Below, one piece after another: positions 13,805 to 23,800 of a stretch of 28,739 bases of DNA. Position numbers and translations under genes: made by a program. Position 1 is the first letter of the stretch. Each line of letters opens with the position of its first letter. A model generated the notes under the pieces. That model did no database searches. It had not been told where the DNA came from and saw only the letters and a list, made by a program, of their open reading frames with translations. Origin of the DNA: Octopus sinensis (taxonomy: Eukaryota). Location: the NCBI RefSeq assembly GCF_006345805.1, contig NW_021833215.1:1-28739 (forward strand), given 5' to 3'.

Positions 13805-16800
13805 GATCTCTTTCGGCACCCTCTTTGATCTTTTTCGGCACACTCTTTGATCTCTGTCGACACCCCCTTTGATATCTGTCGGCACCCCTCTTTGATCTCT
13901 GTCGACACCCCCTTTGATCTCTGTCGGCACCCCTCTTTAATCTCTGTCGGCACCCCTCTTTCATCTATGTCGGCATACCCTTTGATCTCTGTCGGTACCT
14001 CCTTTGATCTCTGTCGGCACCCCTCTTTGATCTCTCTCGGCACTCCTCTTTGATCTGTGAGGGATGCCGACAGAGATCAAAGAGGGGTGCCGACAGAGAT
14101 CAAAGAGGGGTACCGACAAAGATCAAAGACGGGTGCCGACAGAGATCAAAGAGGGGTGGCGACAGCAATCAAAGAGGGTGCCGACAGAGATCAAAGACGG
14201 GTGCCGACAGAGATCAAAGAGGGGTGCCGACAGAGATCAAAGAGTGGTGCCGACAGAGATCAAAGAGGGGTGCCGACAGAGATCAAAGAGAGGTGCCGAC
14301 AGAGATCAAAGAGGGGTGCCGGCAGAGATCAAAGAGGGGTGCCGACAGAGATCAAAGAGGGGTGCCGACAGAGATCAAAGGGGTGCAAACAGAGATCAAT
14401 GGGGTGCCGACAGAGATCAAAGGGGTGCCGACAGAGACCAAAGAGGGTGTCAACAAAGATCAAAGGGGGTGCCGACAGAGATCAAAGAGTGGTGCCGACA
14501 GAGATCAAAGAGGGGTGCCGACAGCGATCAAAGAGGGGTGCCGACAGAGATCAAAGAGGGGTGCCGGCAGAGATCAAAGAGGGGTGCCGACAGAGATCAA
14601 AGAGGGGTGGCGACAGAGATCAAAGAGAGGTGCCGACAGAGATCAAAGGGGTGCAAACAGAGATCAATGGGGTGCCGACAGAGATCAAAGGGGGTGCCGA
14701 CAGAGATCAAAGAGGGGTGCCGACAGCAATCAAAGAGGGTGCCGACAGAGATCAATGAGGGGTGTCGACAGAGATCAAAGAGGGGTGCCGACAGAGATCA
14801 AAGGGGGTGTCGACAGAGATCAAAGAGGGGTGTCGACAAAGATCAAAGGGGGTGCCGACAGAGATCAAAGAGGGGTGCCGACAGCAATCAAAGAGGGTGC
14901 CGACAGAGATCAATGAGGGGTTTCGACAGAGATCAAAGAGAGGTGCCGACAGAGATCAAAGGGGGTGTCGACAGAAATCAAAGAGGGGTGCCGACAGAGA
15001 TCTAAGAGGGGTGCCGACAGGAATCAAAGAGGGTGCCGACATAGATCAAAGACGGGTGCCGACAGATATCAAAGAGGGGTACCCTCTTTGATCTCTGTCG
15101 GCACCCCCTTTGATCTCTGTCAGCAAACCTCTTTGATCTCTGTCGGCAACCTCTCTGATATTTTTCGGTACCCTCTTTGATCTCTGTCGGCACCCCTCTT
15201 TGATCTCTGTCGGCACCCTCTTTGGTCTCTGTCGGCACCCCTTTGATCTTTGTCGACACCCCTCTTTGATCTCTGTCGACACCCCTCTTTGTTCTCTGTC
15301 GGCACCCCTCTTTGATCTCTGTCGACACCCCCTTTGATCTCTGTCGGCACCCCCATTGATCTCTGTCGGCACCCTCTTTGATCTCTGTCGGCATCCTTCT
15401 TTGATCTCTGTCGGCACCCTTCTTTGGTCTCTGTCGGTACCCCTCTTTGATTTCTGTCGGCACCCCCTTTCATCTCTGTACACCCCTTTGATCTCTGTCG
15501 GCACCCTCTTTGATCTCTGTCGGCATCCTTCTTTGATCTCTGTCGGCACCCTTCTTTGGTCTCTGTCGGTACCCCTCTTTGATCTCTGTCGGCACCCCTT
15601 TGATCTCTGTCGGCACCCGTCTTTGATCTCTGTTTGCACCCCTCTTTGATCTCTGTCGGCACCCCTTTTTATCTCTGTGCACCCACTTTGATCTCTGTCG
15701 GCACCCCCTTTGATCTCTGTCGGCACCCCTCTTTGATCTCTGTCGGCACCCCTCTTTGATCTCCGTCGGCACCCTCTTTGGTCTCTGTCGGCACCCCTTT
15801 GATCTTTGTCGACACCCCTCTTTGATCTCTGTCGACACCCCTCTTTGATCTCTGTCGGCACCCCTCTTTGATCTCTGTCGACACCCCCTTTGATCTCTGT
15901 CGGCACCCCCTTTGATCTCTGTCGGCACCCCCATTGATCTCTGTCGGCACCCTCTTTGATCTCTGTCGGCATCCTTCTTTGATCTCTGTCGGCACCCTTC
16001 TTTGGTCTCTGTCGGTACCCCTCTTTGATTTCTGTCGGCACCCCCTTTCATCTCTGTACACCCCTTTGATCTCTGTCGGCACCCTCTTTGATCTCTGTCG
16101 GCATCCTTCTTTGATCTCTGTCGGCACCCTTCTTTGATCTCTGTCGGCACCCCTCTTGATCTCTGTCGGCACCCCCTTGATCTCTGTCGGCACCCGTCTT
16201 TGATCTCTGTTTGCACCCCTCTTTGATCTCTGTCGGACCCCTCTTTGATCTCTGTGCACCCCCTTTGATCTCTGTCGACACCCCCTTTGATCTCTGTCGG
16301 CCACCCCCTTTGATCTCTGTCGGCACCCTCTTTGATCTCTGTCGGCACCCCCTTTGATATCTGTCGGCACCTTCTTTGATCTCTGTGCACCCCCTTTGAT
16401 CTCTGTCGGCACCCCTCTTTGATCTCTGTCGGCACCCCTCTTTGATCTATGTCGGCACCCCCTTTGATGTCTGTCGGCACCTTCTTTGATCTCTGTGCAC
16501 CCCCTTTGATCTCTGTCGGCACCCCTTTTTGATCTCTATCGGCACCCCCTTTGATCTCTGTCGGCACACCTCTTTGATCTCTGTCGGCACCCCTCTTTGA
16601 TCTCTGTCGGCACCCCTCTTTGATCTCTGTCGGCACCCTCTTTGATTCCTCTCGGCACCCTCTTTGATCTCTGTCGGCACCCCTCTTTGATCTCTGTCGG
16701 CACCCTCTTTGATTGCTGTCGGCACCCCTCTTTGATCTCTGTCGGCACCCCTCTTTGATCTCTGTCGGCACCCTCTTTGATCTCTGTCGGCACCCCTCTT

Positions 16801-17927
16801 TGATCTCTGTCGGCACCCCCTTTGATGTCTGTCGGCACCTTCTTTGATCTCTGTCGGCACCCTCTTTGGTCTCTGTCGGCACCCCTTTGATCTTTGTCGA
16901 CACCCCTCTTTGATCTCCATCGACACCCCTCTTTGATCTCTGTCGGCACCCCTCTTTGATCTCTGTCGACACCCCCTTTGATCTCTGTCGGCATCCCCTT
17001 TGATCACTGTCGGCACCCCCATTGATCTCTGTCGGCACCCTCTTTGATCTCTGTCGGCATTCTTCTTTGATCTCTATCGGCACCCTTCTTTGGTCTCTGT
17101 CGGTACCCCTTTTTGATCTCTGTCGGCACCCCCTTTCATCTCAGTACACCCCCTTTGATCTCTGTTGGCACCCGTCTTTGATCTCTGTTTGCACCCCTCT
17201 TTGATCTCTGTCGGCACCCCTTTTTATCTCTGTGCACCCACTTTGATCTCTGTCGGCACCCCCTTTGATCTCTGTCGGCACCCCTCTTTGATCTCTGTCG
17301 GCACCCCTCTTTGATCTCTGTCGGCACCCCCTTTGATGTCTGTCGGCACCTTCTTTGATCTCTGTGCACCACCTTTGATCTCTGTCGGCACCCCTTTTTG
17401 ATCTCTATCGGCACCCCCTTTGATCTCTGTCGGCACACCTCTTTGATCTCTGTCGGCACCCCTCTTTGATCTCTGTCGGCACTCCTCTTTTATCTCTGTC
17501 GGCACCCTCTTTGATTCCTCTCGGCACCCTCTTTGATCTCTGTCGGCACCCCTCTTTTATCTCTGTCGGCACCCTCTTTGATTGCTGTCGGCACCCCTCT
17601 TTGATCTCTGTCGGCACCCCTCTTTGATCTCTGTCGGCACCCCTCTTTGATCTCTGTCGGCACCCCTCTTTGATCTCTGTCGGCACCCCCTTTGATGTCT
17701 GTCGGCACCTTCTTTGATCTCTGTCGGCACCCTCTTTGATTCCTCTCGGCACCCCTCTTTGATCTCTGTCGACACCCCTCTTTGATCTCTGTCGGCACCC
17801 TCTTTGATTGCTGTCGGCACCCCCTCTTTGATCTCTGTCGGCTCCCCTCTTTGATCTCTGTCGGCACCCCCTTTGATCTTTGTCGACACCCCTCTTTGAT
17901 CTCTGACGGCACCCTCTTTGATCTCTG
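13805..17927. repeat. Minisatellite, 21-24-bp monomer (consensus GATCTCTGTCGGCACCCCTCTTT), roughly 180 copies
   Basis: Read directly; length variation mainly in the C-run; recurring variant blocks; internal inversion at 14057-15080. Confidence 0.97.
14057..15080 (-). repeat. Inverted block of the minisatellite
   Basis: Monomers read GTGCCGACAGAGATCAAAGAGGG; right junction is the near-palindrome ATCAAAGAGGGG-TA-CCCTCTTTGAT. Confidence 0.95.
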
Positions 17928-18090
17928 AGGACTTGAATGGTGTAAAGCAATCTTGTTATCAGATCTGACGTTCATCAAAACATATATTAATGAAATATTA
18001 TAACCTGAGCAATGGGATATATTACCGTAAATACATTTATTTACGCACATACACACACTGCGAAATTGGGAGAGAATATATATATATAAT

Positions 18091-18121
18091 GGCGCAGGAG
18101 TGGCTGTGTGGTAAGTAGCTT
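18091..18121 (+). mobile_element. SINE-C 5' part (interrupted)
   Basis: GGCGCAGGAGTGGCTGTGTGGTAAGTAGCTT; the SINE resumes at 20273. Confidence 0.88.
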
Positions 18122-20272
18122 TCTCACCGAACGGACGCGTTTTTTTTTCGCTCCGGCAAATGTCACGTTTTAACGTGAATTGTTGAACTTTTGACTCGAC
18201 TACAGGTAGGCGTTTTGTATTTTTGGGAGCTCAGTGAAGTCTATTGCTTGCATTTAATGTTTTTTAGCATTTAATATTTTTTAGCAGATAATAAACTCCA
18301 CTTTGATATAATTTTTGATATAATTTTTGTGCCTGTTGTCGAGTGTAAAGACTCACTTTACAGTGAGAATTGTATTTTTAAAGCGGCGTAGTCCGTATGC
18401 AAAAATTGTTTTTGAAATTGTCTTTGTGTTATCCACGGGAATTACCAAGGAGTACCAAGGATTATTTTATCAAGGTGTTTTACCAACTGTGCATTTGGCC
18501 TGGAATACAATTTTTTGGCCGAAAAAAGTGAAAAAAAAAAAAAATTAATTCCTTTGTCTGGATTTGAACTCTCTTTCTCCGTCTATCATTTATTTTTTAA
18601 AAAAGAACTTTTTTGAACTGCTATTTCTAATTTTATTTCTTCCCTTCTGTTGTATTTTTCATTCTCCTTTCTGTGTCTTATTTTATTTTATCACATTTTG
18701 AACTGTTTTTAAATCTTACGTTATGGCAAAGAAATTCACTGTGTGGGATTTGACACCTCCCAAAAAATATTTGAATGAGCTCGAGGAAAAGACCGTGGTG
18801 CTGAGGACATATTCGAAGTCGCTCGACACCATAGCAGTCTTTCCAAAGGCCACTATTGTTAACGAGCTGGCAGACTACATGCCAGCTGTTAAATATATCG
18901 CACGGGGAGTTAAATACGCAACGGTTTGGTTGCTATTTGACTCCCCTAAAGCAGCTTGCGAATTTGGAAGCCAGCCCATTGGGGGCAAACAAATATTGTT
19001 TCTCCCAAATTACAAGGGAGAAAAATTGTTGAGAGCTTGGATCTGCGGCTTACCACCAGGCGTTGAGCCCGAGTGGATAGAAGACTCTATCCGCCGGGGC
19101 TTGGATGGTAGCAGTTCCAAGCTACTGAACGTAAAAGTACAGCCTGCGGCTGATTGGGAGGGGTCAAGAGCTGTTTTGACCTATGGACCCAGTCAGTCAA
19201 TAGTCTGGTTTTACCGGACTTTTTGAGGATGGCCGGGTACAGGTATCCGGTGATGCTTGAGGGACGCCCCCCCCCCAAGTGTCACTTGTGCCTGGAGCCT
19301 GGACATATCAAGAGGAAGTGTCCCGGTGGCCGTGGTGCTTCCCCGGAGCATGAAAAGGAAAAGGTGCCCGCTGCCCCCTCATTGGAGGGGGAGACGGTGG
19401 AAGTCGTGGAGGAGGTTGCCTCCACGAAAAGAAAAAGACAGGTGAGCAACAATGGTTGCTCACCAAAGAACGTACAGACGGAGGAGGAGGATAGCGACCC
19501 CCCGTGTCTGTCGAAGGAGCCCCCGGGCTAGCAGCCTCTAAAAAAAAGAGGAAAAAAAAGAAAAAGAGGTCGGACGGCTGACGTTTCTGTGTCGCCGACG
19601 GAGCCGCGGGTGGTACGTGTGCCACCCGCGGACAGTGCTCCGTCAGTGGAAAGTGTGCCACTGACGGATCAGTGTGAGGTCCCTTCCCGTGAAGAGGAGT
19701 TGTTTCTCGTCCTTTACCACAAGGGAGGGAAGGTGGAAAAGTTTTTGAATGGCTTGGGTGACCGAGAACGCAAGGACACGGTCAGCTCAAGGAGTCCGTT
19801 ATGGCCTCCGTGGGTAGCTGCGGAGGTAGTAACGGAAAACATTTTGTCAAGGGTCACAAAGACCTTTGAGAGGAAACATTTTACTTTTCTCTTTGCAGGC
19901 CTCGACTTGTCGTCGCAGAGTTGTCTGCAGGCGGCAAGACAATTTGCTTCGGGGACCTGACAGGGAGAATTTTTGTGAATTCATATACTGCCCTTGTGGC
20001 AAAAGAAATGAAAAAAAAAGAACTTTGTAAGATGTTTTAGTGCCTCCTTCGTGTAAGAGGTTTGTAACATCATGTCGATTTATTGAAACTAAAGAAAAAA
20101 GAAAATTGAACTTATTAAAAAAAAGAACAATGTCTTAGAGAAGCGGAAGTCGGCCGGCGCTTTTTGACTTCTCCCATCACCATCTTCATCCACCACCACC
20201 ATCATCCATTAATGTCTTTGTCCAGCCCGTAGCTACTCTGTGTACTGCTCTAGTGGCAAAATTGTTGAAATA
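18122..20272 (+). mobile_element. ORF1-only (HAL1-like) L1/Tx1-type non-autonomous retrotransposon
   Basis: Flanked by AAGTAGCTT duplication (18113-18121, 20273-20281) inside a SINE-C head; about 600-bp 5' region, single ORF1-like frame, about 310-bp 3' region ending GAAATAAA; no endonuclease or RT sequence. Confidence 0.8.
18723..19960 (+). pseudogene. L1/Tx1-like ORF1 (gag-like, about 412 aa reconstructed) with one frameshift and one premature stop
   Basis: ORF 18723-19226 (RRM-like, WICGLPPGVEPEWI) shifts -1 near 19175-19195 into the frame encoding LPDFLRMAGYRYPVMLEGRPPPKCHLCLEPGHIKRKCP (CX2CX4HX4C). TAG at 19529-19531 is in frame with the 19589-19960 ORF. Confidence 0.8.
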
Positions 20273-20633
20273 AAGTAGCTTGCTAACCAACCACATGGTT
20301 CCGGGTTCAGTCCCACTGCGTGACATCTTGCTACAGCCCCGGGCCGACCAATGACTTGTGAGTGGATTTGGTAGACGGAAATTGAAAGAAGCCTGTCGTA
20401 TATATGTATGTGTATATATGTATATGTGTGTGTTTGTGTGTCTGTGTTTGTCCCCCTAGCATTGCTTGACAACCGATGCTGGTGTGGTTACGTCCCCGTC
20501 ACTTAGCGGTTCGGCAAAAGAGACCGATAGAATAAGTACTGGGCTTACAAAGAATTAGTCCTGGGGTCGATTTGCTCGACTAAAGGCGGTGCTCCAGCAT
20601 GGCCGCAGTCAAATGACTGAAACAAGAAGAAGA
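20273..20633 (+). mobile_element. SINE-C 3' part
   Basis: Resumes AAGTAGCTTGCTAACCAACCACATGGTTCCGGGTTCAGTCCC; ends GAAACAAGAAGAAGA; possible short TSD ATATAA (18084-18089 and 20634-20639). Confidence 0.9.
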
Positions 20634-20981
20634 ATATAAGCATTTTTAGAGAGTTATAGCCAAAAAATAGCAAAAAAATGCATTAAAATTGGAAAAAAAT
20701 TATGGTAAATTTTTTTTTAATCATTGACTCATCGTAGACTTTTTTAGAGAGTTACTTCCCTTATATAATAGCGAAAAAATGCATTAAAATGGAAAAACAT
20801 GATGGTAATTTTTTTTAAATCGTAGACTCATCGTAGACGCGCGCTAATACCCAGAAGGGCTCGATATGAATCACGACTATAAGATACCTGCTTTTGGTTA
20901 CACTGCACCGCAAAATGTGGGGGTAGTTAGGAATCTAAATCGTAGGAGACAGACACACAACTTCACTTTTATATATAAAGA
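20634..20981 (-). mobile_element. Helitron 5' part (same family as 12988-13380), with an internal duplicated segment
   Basis: Minus strand begins A|TCTTTATATATAAAAGTG at 20981, matches 12988 onward, and stops at AAAAATGCTTATAT, the equivalent of 13321-13334. Confidence 0.9.
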
Positions 20982-21128
20982 TAAGTTACCGTTTAATTTT
21001 CACTGGTATCGCTTTTTTGAACGAGTATAGAACTACATCTTATGCATTATTTGTTTTGGAAATACAAAACGCAACTATTCTGACTGTAACTGCTCTTACT
21101 TCGATGAAGCTAGCCTATAGTTTGTTAC

Positions 21129-21325
21129 GGTGGAGAGCTGTCAGAACTGTTAACATGCCAGAACTGTTAACTAAGCAAAATGCTTAGCGGGATTTCGTCT
21201 GACTTCACGTTCTGAGTTCAAATTCAGCCTTGGTCGACTTTGCCTTTTAGCCTCTCTGGATCGATAAAATAAGTACCAGTTGAACACTGGTGTCGATCTA
21301 ATCGATTTAATCCTCCCTCGAAATT
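21129..21325 (+). mobile_element. SINE-A, older diverged copy
   Basis: CGTTCTGAGTTCAAATTC...GTCGACTTTGCC...AAGTACCAG core. Confidence 0.75.
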
Positions 21326-21930
21326 TTAAACTTTCACAAAAATTCCTTAACGTTAATTGCAAACATTTACTCAACCAGTAACTCGAAACGTTCGTATGCT
21401 TTCTTTTTTTCCTTATCACGGATACAGCTATAATACAAATATGTTACTCGATCTATGCGTACCAAGATATATGCAGTCATCTTCTTAAAACTATGTCTTA
21501 CAGCAATGGATTCCCAGTATTTTCCTGATATAGAGACAGACTACATTCATAAGAGTTTCAAGTACAAACTGGTACTCACTTCCCAATGGTTTAAGATAAG
21601 TTATCGTTGCTTTGCCATACACAAATAAATGCAGCATTGCAGCCCAGAGTCAAATGATTAAATGAGTTCAGGTTTAAACGAATCATTATAAGTTCAGATC
21701 ATTCAAAACAGACGTGTATTACATTTTATTTAAATATCTACTTTTTAATTTGCGCAGAGTCTAATTTATATTGTTTTGAATGTATTTCACTTAGGCGAGA
21801 GGTTATTTTATTTTGTTCCCTAATTAATTCGCATCTGGAACCGCGTAGAAACGCTTTTCCAGATAGTACACAGACTTACAAGAGGAAGTTAGAGAAATAA
21901 ATGCGTCAAAGCAATATGAAAGAAAGGAAA

Positions 21931-22310
21931 TGGAAGCACTCCGTCGGTTACGACGACGAGTGTTCCGGTTGATCCGAATCAACGGAACAGCCTGCTCGTG
22001 AAATTAACGTGTAAGTGGCTGAGCACTCCACAGACACATGCACCCTTAACGTAGTTCTCGGGGATATTCAGCGTGACACAGAGAGTGACAAGGCCGTCCC
22101 TTTGAAATACAGGTACAACAGAAACAGGAAGTAAGAGTGAGAGAAAGTTGTGGTGAAAGAGTACAGCAGGGATCACCACCATCCCCTGCCGGAGCCTCGT
22201 GGAGCTTTAGGTGTTTTCGCTCAATAAACACTCACAACGCTCGGTCTGGGAATCGAAACCGCCATCCTATGACCGCGAGTCCGCTGCCCTAACCACTGGG
22301 CCATTGCGCT
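21931..22310 (-). mobile_element. SINE-B
   Basis: Near-identical to 10432-10811; 12-bp TSD AAAGAAAGGAAA at 21919-21930 and 22311-22322. Confidence 0.93.
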
Positions 22311-22819
22311 AAAGAAAGGAAAATTATTACTAATAACTAATATCCCATAAGTGATATGAAGAACAGAGAGAAGAGGATCAGATAAATGAATGACTATAAA
22401 TACTAAGGAATTAATCAGCAGGGCTGAACATAACACACACACAAATGAAAATAAAATGCAGTGAGCCAATACTTCAAACTCAACTAAATATAAAAAATAC
22501 TTATGATTATAATATTGTCAAATTATGCTGATATTTGATAACCTAGACAAACAAGAAAAATAGTTTCAGCATTTAGGGTGCACCACCAAACAGCCAACGA
22601 AGAATTGTTATATTTACTACGAATACAGAAGCATTATATAATTAAGACATTATTATAAAATATCTATAATGATACTTCGAAAATATCTAGCAAAGAATAA
22701 TAGAAACCTAATTACAATACCCACAAAACATGAACAAAACAAAGAACTGCATTTTGCTTTCAAGAAATTCAACAAATATAAAATATAAAAATAATAAATA
22801 TAAAAGTGGCTGAAGTAAC

Positions 22820-23052
22820 TATTTCTTTACTACCCACAAGGGGCTAAACACAGAGAAGACAAACAAGGAGAAACAAACGGATAAAGTCGATTATATCGAC
22901 CCCAGTGCGTAACTGGTACTTATTTAATCGACCTAGAAAGGATGAAAGGCAAAGTCGACCTCGGCGGAATTTGAACTCAGAATGTAACGGCAGACGAAAT
23001 ACGGCTACGCATTTCGCCCGGTGTGCTAACATTTCTGCCAGCTCGCCGCCTT
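22820..23052 (-). mobile_element. SINE-A monomer, full length
   Basis: 17-bp TSD AAAGTGGCTGAAGTAAC at 22803-22819 and 23053-23069. Confidence 0.93.
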
Positions 23053-23505
23053 AAAGTGGCTGAAGTAACAGTTAGTTGTGAGATGAGGAACAGCAACAGA
23101 AAGTGTGACAAACTGTGTTGAAGACAAAAACAGAATTAAGTTTTCAAAAGTGGGATGCAAAATGGCATACTAAAACAATTGCAAAAAATTTCTTTACAGG
23201 AACAATACAAAGAAATTAGGAGAATTGGAACAAAGAACAAAATCACAGCTCAAAAGTTAGAGATGGAATAATTTTTGATTGCGGTACCGGATCAAAGACT
23301 TCCAAACAGAAACTATCAGAAGTGTCTAATGAAACAAAACACATTAATTAGCTCATAATACGTGGCGATTAGCATGAAATAATTAATATCATTGTCTCTG
23401 CCTTTTCAGAGTTAGCTACAGGCATGACAGCCAGAATAGTAATACAGTGGAAATTAGGACAACATTATGAAATACAGCACGCAATAAAAACAATACTACT
23501 GAGAG

Positions 23506-23540
<35 letters not shown>

Positions 23541-23558
23541 TATAATAATAATAATAAT
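23506..23558. repeat. (AAT)n microsatellite
   Basis: Read directly. Confidence 0.95.
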
Positions 23559-23800
23559 TTCTTTTATTGGTCACAAGGGTTCGCATGCAATACAATAGAC
23601 CATTAAAACACAGGTGTTGCAATATATATGGTGATTGACAAAAGAAAGTTGCATAAAAATGAGGGCAAATGGAAAAGACATACTACAATGAATGTGTTAG
23701 GATTTAATAAAATCAACAAATATAAAATTATATAAAAAGGCGTGATATATTGTTAGGAAGATGAAATTTAAAAAAAGACCACGAAAAATCATTTAGGGTT

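Larger units (their letters stand above)
22330..23560 (+). mobile_element. Decayed CR1/L2-group LINE ORF2 3' part, interrupted by SINE-A; the (AAT)n run may be its tail
   Basis: Degenerate translation gives MTINTKELI, LIFDNL and KEIRRI...FLIAVPDQ...NTLI, resembling CR1-group RT C-terminal motifs (KEIRNI..FLxxIPDQ..NSLI). Confidence 0.55.

Noticed and set aside
15040-15120. Inversion junction as a chimeric fold-back read artefact
   Set aside because: The arms carry different variants and are not mirror images; read-level confirmation is still needed.
13805-17927. CRISPR-like array
   Set aside because: Contiguous monomers with no unique spacers, no cas genes, eukaryotic context.
19170-19230. 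Programmed -1 ribosomal frameshift in ORF1
   Set aside because: No canonical X XXY YYZ slippery heptamer at the inferred switch point; mutation or sequencing error is more likely.
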